This document shows positions 38,836 through 50,892 of a stretch of DNA of 64,000 bases, piece by piece. Made by a program: the position numbers and the translations under genes. Each line of letters opens with the position of its first letter. Position 1 is the first letter of the stretch. The notes beneath the pieces are model-generated. The model did not search any database and had not been told where the DNA came from. It was given only the letters and a program-made list of their open reading frames with translations. The DNA is from Albugo candida. Lineage: Eukaryota. The stretch lies in assembly GCA_040437565.1 (NCBI GenBank), contig JBDOQK010000026.1:248001-312000 (forward strand), read 5' to 3'.

Positions 38836-40903
38836 AGTACTTCAATTTCTAGCGCTATCACATCGTTCAAAATCCTGTTGTAGAGAGATTATCGACCAGG
38901 TCATGATATAGACGTAGAAAATTCAACAATGAAATATGGAGGATAATACCTTCTATGTTTTAAGCACGTACAGACAAGGGAATGTGTTACAGATCATCGA
39001 CAGGTTTGTGAAATAAACCCACGTAGACGAAGGAGCTCAAAAGGAGTTTATTCTGAAGCTCTTACTGCCCATGCAACATTGAACTAGAATTATGAACGCA
39101 ACATCTACTGCACAGCTTCAACAAAGTGAGGTTTTTCTATTATTTCGAATAGTACATTCTCGAAGTTACCTACCGTATTCACGATGCAAAATACGCAACT
39201 GAAGACGGAATGGACTATCAAAAAATGGCTCCCTGGTTCACTTGGGATGTATTGCAGATTGTTTGAGCCCATATACAGAAAAAGTTGTCAAGCATAAGGC
39301 TCAATGTGTATAAGAGCAACACAATTTGTATTTTAACTCAGTATGTGAGCTTTATATGAGATCCATTATACATGTTCAAATTATCATGATATGTACTCGA
39401 GTCAGCAGTTCCAACTACTTTTTTGCCACGGCATTTATTTGATATTAGATCTGTCTGGCAACGCTAGAGCATTTCATTACAATGTCTAACGGGAATGCGA
39501 GTATAGTTAGAAAAATCAGCACAGCGAAGTGGCGCAACGACTTTTAAACGATGAATTTTTATATACTGATCGAAGCAAAAAGGTTGAATAGACGGGAAGA
39601 TCTTGGAGTATAGAAAGCGTCAACAGCGACAAAATGAACTTTGTTCACCGAGTCACAAGAGAAGCAGCTTTTATTTTGGAAGGATCATGTATTATCTATG
39701 GAAACCGATGCAACGCACACGACACATTGGATGTTCTACAGCGGTGCGAGTAGCGACACGTTTTAAATCTAATTCTTGCGCAACTGGATTTTGAATAGAG
39801 CCTCGCTGGAAGCTGCTACTTCCTGCTCCAGTACAATACAGCTATATGAAACTGTCAAGATCTCACGATCTTGGCCCTATGTACTCACCGAAACTAGATG
39901 GTCGACATCGTCTGATGGTCTTTTTTGATTGACCCGGGTCTCATGTCATATTCTGATCAACGGTAATGCGACCCATTGCAACAATTGAGAACCTTTTGTA
40001 ACGAAACAGTGAAGCAGATTCATTACAAAAGATACATGAAGCAGGATCGCCCCTCGGCCGAGCATCTACAGTCGTGTCAAACAGGAAACTCGTGGGTACA
40101 TTGCACTATATTTGAATGACATGTCAAGTTGAATATACCAAGTAGCAGCATCAAAGACGCATTGATATCAATGAAAAGGAGCCGAGCGTGGAATGTCACT
40201 CAATATCAATGTATCAAAAGCTCGTTTATCGCAGAGACTCAGCATAAACCAGGTATCTATCTATTTTTTCTATAAGAACTAGTACCAGTACAGATGCCAA
40301 GCTTGCGTACGAAAATTTACCCAAATAGAGAATGAAGCCAAACATGTCTGGAAAAAAGCAAACAATTCAATTATTGCTAAAACATGTATTCGTGGATTAG
40401 AATGCAATAGCAATCGCAACTAACTGAGTTTTTCGAGTCGAGTGATGCAGATCGACGTGCACAATCCAATTATTCGACAATCGGTTGCATTTGAGGATAC
40501 TTTAGCTGATTAGCAGATCCATCCAGCGTTGGTGATTCAATTATGCTCAAACTTATCCAGAATGTTATGCCAGCTAGGTGTTGTCTGAGGGTGGCGGGTC
40601 ATTACGGAGAATCAATCAAAATCAATTCAACATCTTCTTAGCTGTCCTGTGTTGTTGTTTGATCGCCGTATCACAACAATGTACCCGATACAGAGAGAAC
40701 AGTATCTTACATGACTGCTGGCAATCATTGGGGTAGCGCTCGAAAATTAGGATGGTGATCGGTGACTATGAGAAAGCTTGGCGAGGGTAGAAGTGGCGAA
40801 TTGAGCATTCTATTATTATCGAAAATTAAGGAGTAGACCCTACACTGTCTGTGCGGATATACGAATCCGTTCCACAACCTGCAGATATTGCCGTATTTAC
40901 AAA

Positions 40904-42161
40904 GGGAGCCGCTATGGCCACAGACAAAACTACTACTGCCACAGACACTTAATTTAACCAATCACAGCTCACAAAATTGAATTGTTGCTAATTATGCCAG
41001 CCAATTAGGTCACTTGTATACTTTTATACTTAAGCTCATTCTCTGGATATCCGCAACACTCAGCAGGCACGGACATGGAGAAGCAGCAGAACGAGCAATT
41101 CACCGCGCGGAAGACCATGGAAGAACATATGAATGTGGTAGCTGCTGCAAATGGCTATGGAATCGTCAGCAAGTCCTCGTACAGGCAACGAGATGAACGA
41201 CAAGTTGTTCACTACAAATGCGATCGTGGAGGCGTAGATCGAAACCGTCACGGACTTGTCCAAGAATCAAAGGTTCGGAAGGCGAATAGCAGTGCACTCA
41301 TTAACTGTCCTTTCAAAGGAGTTGGGCAGGAGTCGAAAGGAAAAGCCACGCATCATGGTCGAATGAGTTCACCGAGAATTCAACGTTGTCATTGATTATC
41401 TTCTTCAAATTACAGACGGCACCTGGTCCTTTACAATTACATGCAACGAGCATTACCACGAGCCTTCCACCTCCAGGACCGCTCATCCCATTCACACTCG
41501 CATCTCGGAGTCCCAACAGGAAGAAATTTCTGGACTCTTTCAGTCCGATTTGAAAGCTAGGCAGGTTCAAACCATCATTCTAGAGCAAGGCCAGCAATTG
41601 CAACTCACTAAGCGAAAGCTCTAGAATTTGGAGCAAAACAATGCAATTAGGAGACTTGATGGACGAACTCCAATGGATATGCTGTTCGAAACCTTCACGG
41701 ACTTTGGGTTCGAAATAAATATCGAGAAAGATTCCGATGGGCGCATCACACATTTGTTCTTCGCTTATCCAAAGAATGTGGAACTCTTAAGGAAGAACTG
41801 TGACGTCTTGTTGCTAGATTGCACCTATAAAGNNNNNNNNNNNNNNNNNNNNNNNNNNNNNNNNNNNNNNNNNNNNNNNNNNNNNNNNNNNNNNNNNNNN
41901 NNNNNNNNNNNNNNNNNNNNNNNNNNNNNNNNCTCAGCGTATCCACTATTAACCTACCATATATAGATTTCAGGGGGAAAAACGTACCTACGCTAAAACA
42001 ATACAAACAAAAACAGCGTATGAAAATGAGCTTGTGTATAAAAGTATACAAGTGACCTGATTGGCTGGCATAATTAGCAGCAATTCAATTTTGTGAGCTG
42101 TGATTGGTTGAATTAAGTGTCTGTGGCCGTAGTAGTTTTGTCTGTGGCCATAGCGGCTCCC
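40904..42161 (+). mobile_element. Mutator-like element (MULE) with ~130 bp TIRs, a 9-bp TSD and a disrupted transposase
   Basis: TIR GGGAGCCGCTATGGCCACAGAC... / ...GTCTGTGGCCATAGCGGCTCCC. TSD ATTTACAAA at 40895-40903 and 42162-42170. FAR1-like YKCDRGG...CPF and MULE motif LFFAYP...VLLLDCTYK. Contains an N-gap. Confidence 0.93.
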
Positions 42162-42274
42162 ATTTACAAAATGACTGCGGTACATAGGTGTTCAGGGACC
42201 CCACGCGTACTGTAATTAAAGAAAAGAGCTGTATGCAACACTGAGGCTTCGGAAGTACAAAACTATATGTTGAT

Positions 42275-42697
42275 GGAAGCCGCTATGGCCACAGACATTA
42301 ATACTACGGCCACAGACATTAATACTACGGCCACAGACAATTGATCTAACCAATCACAGCTCATAAAATTATATTGTTGCTAAGTACGCCTATACCTTTC
42401 GCGCAGCCGACCCCATGTGGTGATATTTTTTAACATATCAACCGGAAGATCTCATAATACACCTTTCGAAAAGTATTTGAACAGGTAACTTAATAATATT
42501 CCTTTCTTCCTACGTGTGTTAGGATTTTTTTGAATTGTTCCTTCTAAATCTATATAAGTTCCTTGTTTTCCAATCACTAAAGTTTCGCAATGACAGCTAG
42601 AAAAAGCTCCATGTCCAATGGCAATGTTGTGAGCTGTGATTGGTTAGATCAATTGTCTGTGGCCGTAGTAGTTTTGTTTGTGGCCATCGCGGCTCCA
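42275..42697. mobile_element. Non-autonomous MULE derivative (MITE-like, ~420 bp) of the same TIR family
   Basis: TIRs match 40904-42161. Imperfect 9-bp TSD TATGTTGAT (42266-42274) / TATGTTAAT (42698-42706). The left TIR carries a 21-bp tandem duplication. Confidence 0.88.
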
Positions 42698-43690
42698 TAT
42701 GTTAATGGCCTCTTTATAAAAACATTCTGTACAAGTTCAGCTGACACCATGCCTACGAGCGGTGTAGTCACACATATTCAGTCGATTAGTCTCAAATTCC
42801 TCTACTGTAATCTTCGCTTTCTCACATGTCCCTTCGCTTACGATCGTCCCAGATGGAGAGCCTTAACCAAGATCGTAAGTCGGGCCAAAATTCACGCTTT
42901 TGTTGTACAAAAGGGACTACTTTAAACGAAGCGACTACTAAAATCCTTTTTTTGGATTTGAGGGTGTCGTGAAATTATTGATGATAATTATACCCCATTT
43001 TCAATTGCACATCTCGCTGATTCATACATATTTTGTGACAGAATGTGAATCGATTTGTCCCATCATAGCTGACAAGGAGTCTCGAGCTGGAGCTGACCGA
43101 GCGAAGTATGATATGATAGTGTTATAATATCGAAGCAATCGCTAGAATAATCATGGTCACTCTTACCATCCCTTTGAATCGAGGTATTCCTGATAAAGAT
43201 TGATGAAGGCTTAGCTCTTTACCTACAGTATAACTAGAATCGATCATCAATTGTACAGAAAAGTCATTTAAGGCATCGGGCACTGAGAGGTCATTGTGAA
43301 TTCTATCAAAAACGAATGATTGTGGCGTTACTCCGCGAACAAGACCATTTATGAGGCAATTCTGCAGGCGTGTCTTAGGCTAAAAGGAGAGAAACCTGCG
43401 AGTGCCTCGATAAAATTCCGCGTTCCGAATAATGCGCATTCTTAGTTGTGGTACTACGAACTCAAGGTACAAGAAAAATATATATTTATAAAAGCAGCAA
43501 TCTCATGTTTCACTACTTCAAGTCGTACACTGACGATACCACTGTTCTGCTTTGTTCTATGTTGGCGACATGATATTGTAGCAAAGAGATCGAATGCAGA
43601 GAATGCCGCTAATCAAACGCAAAGAATGCTGACTTGATCCACATATAGCCTTAGTTGTCAATGCCGTGCACATAGCCCACTGCGAAACCC

Positions 43691-44641
43691 TCAGCACTGT
43701 ACACGGTATCCCAGTGTAACATTCAGGTAGCTTCCATGGTCCCTGATACTCTTGCATGTATAGATAGAGCATACACGTGAGCAAGTACTGTCTTCACCGT
43801 GGTCAGCGCTACAGATTCGATACCATTCAGAAAACTTGCCATATAAAATCTGCAAACGAGAAGTCAGTAAAACCCCAATTTGTAGCTTGTGAAATTTGCG
43901 AACCTCAGTAGCAGAATGGTGATAATGCAAGTATGATGGTGGCAAACGAGGAACAAGATCATCGGCGTGTATTACCCGAAACAAGTTGGGCACATAGTAT
44001 TGCACCAGTTTGGCGAATGCGAGATTCCCTAATCTTGGCTGACCAAAAGTATAGACGGCGTGTGCATCCAAGCCGTGAAGAAGTTTCAGCTCAAACGCAC
44101 AAATTGACGCAATCGCTCCACCCAGCGAGTGTCCAGTCAGTAAAATGACCGCTGTTGCATGTTCATGACGTATTTTTCGTATACTCGCTAAAACTTGCGC
44201 TGCAACTTTCTGGTACAATTCGTAAAAGCCTCGATGAACCAATGCCTCGGGGTATTCATTGTACGCTCTCTTCTTTCTAAATTTGATATTAGCAATCCAA
44301 TTCTTTATATTGCTACTGCCACGGAATGAAATGACAATTGCGTCACGATCCGACGAATATCCGACAGTTCCTTGAAATGTGTTCTGTGAGTCGGATACGA
44401 CTTCCGTGTTTTGTAAAGGCCCAGCATGAGAACAAGCTACACATTTCCAACCTAGAAGTTTGGATGCTGGGCAGTACATTGCCGAAGAGATGCCCACCAA
44501 GTAGGATGCTAGTTCTTCATCATACTGATTGATTGTACGAACGGCTTGTTTCGTGTCAACCTGTAAAGGTAACCAGAATATAGCATGGAAAAAAGGGAAT
44601 ACGATGAATTGGCGATGTGGTAACATGATCAGGAAATTCAA
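43691..44641 (-). CDS. Secreted class-3 lipase, paralog B; probable intron 43850-43903
   Basis: IVISFRGS, VHRGF, LTGHSLGGA, YTFGQPRLGN, DLVPRLP and DH. Colinear with paralog A, with the intron at the same position. Confidence 0.92.
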   Translation of the reverse strand: MNFLIMLPHRQFIVFPFFHAIFWLPLQVDTKQAVRTINQYDEELASYLVGISSAMYCPASKLLGWKCVACSHAGPLQNTEVVSDSQNTFQGTVGYSSDRDAIVISFRGSSNIKNWIANIKFRKKRAYNEYPEALVHRGFYELYQKVAAQVLASIRKIRHEHATAVILLTGHSLGGAIASICAFELKLLHGLDAHAVYTFGQPRLGNLAFAKLVQYYVPNLFRVIHADDLVPRLPPSYLHYHHSATEVRKFHKLQIGVLLTSRLQILYGKFSEWYRICSADHGEDSTCSRVCSIYTCKSIRDHGSYLNVTLGYRVQC

Positions 44642-46841
44642 AATGAACAGAAAGTGCTGGACTATTCAATGCACTCTAATACCGCAAATAGCTACAGAAA
44701 AAGATGTCCAGCATCGTTGGCTTATAAGTTGGTTGAATAAACCACCATATGCTTTTAACTGGGGTATCTGCTTTACTTCAACATGACTTTTACATTCGCG
44801 TTCTACAGTGACCTTATTCTGTATCGAATGCCGATTTCGTCGTCAACAAAGCAGCATAAACTTTACATCTATCATCAACTACTCTGTACCTACGTCCATG
44901 TCACATGATGGTGCGCTATTTCAAAGCATCAAACTTCCTATTTTGAAGAAATCCTATCAGTATATACAACTTTCATGATGAAAACTTGTGTCTATCATTT
45001 TGATAATATATTGCAAACTTCTCATGATATGTGCTTCATGACAATAAGGTACTCTCACCGACAAGGGTCGACGCCTTCGTGCATATGCACTGGGATTTAT
45101 CGATATGGAAGCCTTATTTATCATCGCACAAAATACTCGCTTGCCTTCCGTGGTTGGCTTCAAGTGCTCTGCATTGCATTACTTTCTGCTATATTTTTGT
45201 AAAAAGAGCGTTTGAATCCGTCTTTTTATTTAGCAAAACCGGTCACTTGAGCATCTCCTTAATGTACTGACGCACAAATATCAGAGATTGCTCGGTTCAC
45301 ATGCTGGAATCGATACCTACGCGACCATTTGCGGACCATCGGGTAATATGTCATAAAGAAGTACTTTTATAATAATGCTCACTTTCGCTGAGGGATTGTT
45401 GATGAGTCAGACGCAAGCGTAAACCCCAATACAGACTCGCAAGAACTACGCAAGCGCTCTTCTATGCTTATGTCATGGCTAATGTTGCCAGTATGTTGGA
45501 GTTGAAAAGCTCGATAATCGCTTAACTTCTCCTTTCACGTTACCCCGTCGTCGACGTTCTTGTAGTCTTTGGATCTTGACTATTTATTCTTTTTTTTTAA
45601 TCTAAGCATTCGGCTGCAGTTATTGCAGCTCCAACCAAAACGTAACATTTCTATTCACTTGGCAATTCAAGATACATACAGCAGGTTGCAGACATGAATT
45701 TAGTCGGTACGACACGAAGAAATAGGCTGTATACATAACCGGTGCGCTGTTAGTACCATTCCTGTTTATACGTGAATCTTCACAGCGTGATCCCAGGTGA
45801 TGAGGCCTGAAGACGAGATGTTGGACCCGGAACCCACAAAATTGCATCCAATAATATATATAAGACAACTTGAATCAATGCGAATTTTGAAGTGTCGCAA
45901 ATTGAAAGACTAACTCGATACTGTGCAATTTTACCATACTTGGATGAGTAATCATCTGAATAGGTTTGGGCGCATTTCACCCTTCAAAATGCAGATGATA
46001 CGTATGCATTAGTAATGATTATAGGTACATGTATAGAGAGAAGTGGGACATGCAGAAAATAATCAAGGAGGTTTAGAGTATGCATGACGAGCTGCATACT
46101 CAAGTTCCAGCATACGAATCATTGCAATCCCACAGAAACGGATTTTTTTATTTACTGTATTGATCGCCTTGCCTTCATATGCAAGCACTAATTTGCATTC
46201 CTTTTCTACTTGCAAACTAATAGACTAGGTAGATGCTTGCTCATAGCTGAAGTAACATGCCATATTCATCGAGATAGCTTCGCCCCAATCATTATTTACG
46301 TAGTAACCCTTGGGTTCCTTTATGTGTAAGAACTTGACATTACAATGCTCACGAGATTACGTCACAGACATATTGTGCTTCATTATTAAAAGTCATATTT
46401 CGTGGTTTTGCAGTCTACCTAACTTATCACAACAACTACTCATGCAGTTACCTTCATTCAATCATACCGCTCGAGTGCCCAAATTCTACACACATGTAGA
46501 AGGGACCAACGCAATACTAGGATGTAGCAGTTCGTAGTCGAGGCATGATCTAAGCATATTTTGTGTAACGAATTGTTCGCAATGGAGGGGGGTAAAAATC
46601 TGAGATTACCAAACAGCAATCAGCATACAACAGAGTAAATTGTACTCCGCAAGCTCTTATGTAGCGATGCATTCAGTCCATTAATGAGAAAAGCACGCCA
46701 CGTGGTTGCAAAACCGTAAAAGTAAATCCGTTCCAATCTTAGTGCTCTGGAAAAGCTTACTTTGCTCTACTGGTACCAAGCGCGAACGAAGTATTTAAGC
46801 ACAGTAAAAAGCGGTTCCTGGTAATGAGGCCGATCTAATGT

Positions 46842-48056
46842 ATGGCAAGTAGCTCAGTGCGTGGTAAAGGAAGAAATAGTCAGTATGTTGAGAGTAGAAA
46901 ACGAGGGTCATGTGACAGAAAAGTGAGCTTGAGAAGCCTACGAGACGTGAATGGCGTCATAGGTAGAGAAGATACTAGCGTGCGACTTCCGCGTCCCGAC
47001 ACCTCGAAGGGATCATACAAGTCGCAACGAAGTTCTGAAGAGAGCCTAGACCTGTTAGAGAACGGCCATCTTGAGCTCACATATGACTGGATGATTTATT
47101 ATAGGGCATGGACTTTTTCTCCGATTAATTCGCTGCAAAGCGGCACAGCAGTTGAAAGGTTCCAACAAGTGTCGAAAATAATCGATCACTCCTTGGCCAC
47201 CAAGACAGTCTACGTCTTGGCTTCTTTCGTGCTTGTATATAATCCGTAGACAAAGCACCCAGAAAGTTAGGTGACCCTTCCTTATGATCAGGCTCCTGGT
47301 CGTAGTCTTTCTCGAACGTCACAAACTGTTATCACAAAGAAGAAGAGCCGAATCAAGTTCAAGCTCGTAGTATCGCATGGAAATAGGCAGGAAGTGTACC
47401 ACCATACATTCTTCCCCATCTATCGCAAGCTTGTTCGGTTTGCGCAATCGAAGCCATGATCTTGATCTTTTCTAAAATTGTCAGGGCCTCCTTACTACTA
47501 ACCACATGATACTATTGACTCAGACATTACGTTGGCCCGCTCTACAAGCGCAAGTCCCTCTTCACGACTGTATCGATTTACTATCATACAACTAAAACAA
47601 GAATCGAAAAAAGAGAATCTGCCCAAACTAGAAAATCGAAAGAAGCACGACAGAGGTGCTTACGCACAAGCTCTTCGGTGGCTAGATAAAAAGCTGTCAA
47701 TTATTTGAATCTTTCGTCAACTTTGATAGTCCTCTACAAAAGTACACGGAAGTGATGAAGTGCTACCAGGTGGGATCTTTGAAACTCCTACAGAGCAATA
47801 ATCTGAGTTGAGGCCTAAGGAAGTATTTCCTCTACTTCTACTACGCAATCTCCTCAGTATCACGTACCTAGACTTCAAGCGGTAAGACCCTTCTGCTCAC
47901 GATCCGGCAGGTTTGTGTATGTACCAGCTGAAATATAATGGCTGACGAAAATACTTTCGCGCCACGATGACTTTGCATGGTTACACTACGACTATGAAAA
48001 GACCGGTGAATTCTGACGTCAGAACTAAAACATCTCGGGAAATGTATTCGCTTTAG
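46842..48056 (+). CDS. Hypothetical spliced protein (structure uncertain)
   Basis: A 135-codon ATG ORF is followed by short GT-AG-bounded segments and charged open stretches. No recognised motif. Confidence 0.35.
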
Positions 48057-48571
48057 ATTTTATTTTCAATAACTATCCCCATGTGCATTAGTCGTCTCTT
48101 CAGTACGAGCTCGAGTAGAGGACACATCATTACACGGCCGTCCGAACGGCTGTTTAGCGTTATATTTGTCATTTCACCCCACACAATGATCAGTGCGCTA
48201 ATTACAAGATTACCAGACTCTCAGCGCGAAATTGGCTTTATCATTCACAATGATATCAATGTGTTCCTTGAAATGTGGAAGGTAATTCACAGCCATTCAA
48301 ATCGCCAAAGCGCGCCACTTTTGATGCATGTGACCAGGCGAACGATTTGAAGCAAATGGAATCGAAGTGTGCAAGTCTTGAGTGATAAGTCAATTCTGTG
48401 AGCCAACGATGGGTTCTGCCAGATACTGTCGTGGACAGACCATGTACATCTATAAAGGTCTTATTATGATACCGATTAGTCGAATATAGCAATGTGAGCA
48501 TACTCAATACAGCAAATAGTTCCCATCACTCGGATCATTACAGCAAGATGAAGAAAAAAGTCGAAAGAGAC

Positions 48572-49953
48572 TCACTTGGCTAAATCGTGATCATCCGAGG
48601 AATAATACTCCGCTTGCAATCGATAAATATGTGAAGCTTGGTGAGCTCCGATATTCGTCACGTACAGATCCACGAGACTTGGAGGCACATAATCGCGCGT
48701 TGGATTTAGAATCGCCATCTTCGAATACGAAATGAGTAACATCATGCTCTGTGAATAGCAACAAACAACCTTATCTGTCACATCTTGATGATCGAATATC
48801 TGGGAAGGATTTCCAAGTTCGTTTTTAGTGTCGACATCATGTGCATACAGCGGGCACAGCGTGATCAAACTAGTGATACAAATGACTGGGATTGAGAAAT
48901 TCTTGGCTGCTAGCACGATATTGTGCAACCCAGACTGTGCAATTAGTCCACCATCCGCAAGAACTGCATATGCCGGAATTATGACTTTGTTTACGCGAGC
49001 CATGATTGCGAAGACCGCGGTGTCGGGAATCACAGTCACGTCAATTCCATTAAGTGCAAGTTGATGCGCAAGCGCGTGCCCATTTAGGGAAGGTGCTGAC
49101 TCGGCAACAATCACTTTGAATTGACGCTTTTTTGCAGCAGCTTGGAAAAATGCTTCGAGGTAGGAGCACATGCCAAAAGAAAGGATCACTTCACTAAAAA
49201 AAAGTTTTCCATAGGCACGAGAATTGTCAAAAGTCTGCATTGCGTACTCTGTGTGGATAAATTCTATTGCTTGATCCGAGATGTTCAGTTGGCTGTTTTG
49301 TATCTCGTCTCTTAGCTCCCTAATTCCTTCCATGATAGACTACAAAGATTCGTCAGCAACGAGTAGTGATGCGTATTATAGAATCGAATAAATCTCACCA
49401 TTTTTAACTCAGCAGTAGAGAGCGAAAGATTGGTCACTGATCCTGGGGTTAAGAGTGTCTCAAGCGAGCATTGTGACCTTCCAATACATTCCTTGCTTTC
49501 CAACAACGATTTCGTATCGTCAGAAGATGAAGCAGTATTCGTCTTAGTTGCAAGGAGCACTTCCTCGCGAATGATGAATAAAATTCGCCGTACAACATTT
49601 GCGATTGGTACTTCTGTAACAAACTATCAGATCCTGCCGTGATGCGCTGATTGATAAGTATTGCTACCTTGCGGAACTGATGTTGACAGATACCATCCTA
49701 TTTCACGCAACTTTTTGATAACATCAGACGCTGTTGACCATGCTATGGTAGTAAGCTATATTCATTATTAAGGATTATGGCTTGAACACAGAGCCGTTAA
49801 TTGGAAATATTGCACCATTTTTTCGGCAAAATCGAGAATTTGCAATGAAGTGTCGTTGGATTCATCGCACTGGCATCGTTTGAAAGACAGAACGATATCA
49901 AGAAGACACTGCTTTAGTTTTGGCTGCTCCTCCATCCATTTTGGGGTCATCAT
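48572..49953 (-). CDS. EIF2B2: Translation initiation factor eIF2B subunit beta (multi-exon)
   Basis: IANVVRRILFIIREE, QAIEFIH, FKVIVAESAP, VIPDTAVFAIMARVNKVII, VLADGG, NPTRDYVPPSLVDLYVTNIG and HIYRL..EYY...D. Confidence 0.9.
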
Positions 49954-50892
49954 GTAAATCTCCTATAATTACAGCCATAAATGCAAAATTGTGCATCACA
50001 TCTGTCTATTTATGCAGCTGACTGAGTCACAATGTGGTCATCGTGTAGTTTTAAATTGCTCGATGAATTGTCAGAATGTGAATTCCCATCACTCCTATAG
50101 AGTTATTAGAGAGAAATTACGGCTAGTTAGCAGGGATGTTCGCTTGCAAGCTGTGTTAAAGTACTAAATGTCCGTCCAGTCTTCCATAACTAGAACAATT
50201 CGTCTCGAACACTCGTTATCAATACAAGTTTTTTTGCCATTTGTTCACTACGAGCGGTTGTCTAAACGCAGCGGACGAGTACATGAGCTTACCCGTCCCG
50301 TGAAACCCCTAAAAATGGAACGATCTGTAAGCGTGATCCGACCCCTGTCTTTTCCCATGATATATAAACGCATCATTCACCACCATACACAGTTGGCTGT
50401 TTTAAACCCATCTCCGCAGACAAATTCGTTCCATGTTATCAACAGTTGTAGTCTGGCATTTTCATTCTCTCTACCATGCACTTTGCAAGGGAATGGCTAG
50501 TAAATTGTCGCAATTGTCACTCGGTCGTCGCCCATGACTTTGATATATTTTTCTGTCATGAGAATGCTCGCAGTCTCCATTTATTATTAAATGAAACCAA
50601 TTTGGTAGTCACATCTCTGTCAGACGATTCACTTTTGACGCCGATGCGCTCGCTCTCGCTTTGTGAGACAGAAGCTAAGCCATTTTCGACTCCAGATGCA
50701 CCGCCTAAACCTGAACTGAAGCTTGTTCGGTGCATGAATGATCCCACGGAGCNNNNNNNNNNNNNNNNNNNNNNNNNNNNNNNNNNNNNNNNNNNNNNNN
50801 NNNNNNNNNNNNNNNNNNNNNNNNNNNNNNNNNNNNNNNNNNNNNNNNNNNNTTATCAACAGTTGTAGTCTGGCATTTTCATTCTCTCTACC

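Noticed and set aside
42286-42340. Short direct repeats resembling a mini CRISPR array
   Set aside because: These are adjacent 21-bp tandem units without unique spacers, part of a MULE TIR, in a eukaryotic context with no cas genes.
50476-50868. Second copy of the RdRP gene's first exon
   Set aside because: An identical duplicate abutting a 100-N gap, so an artefact.
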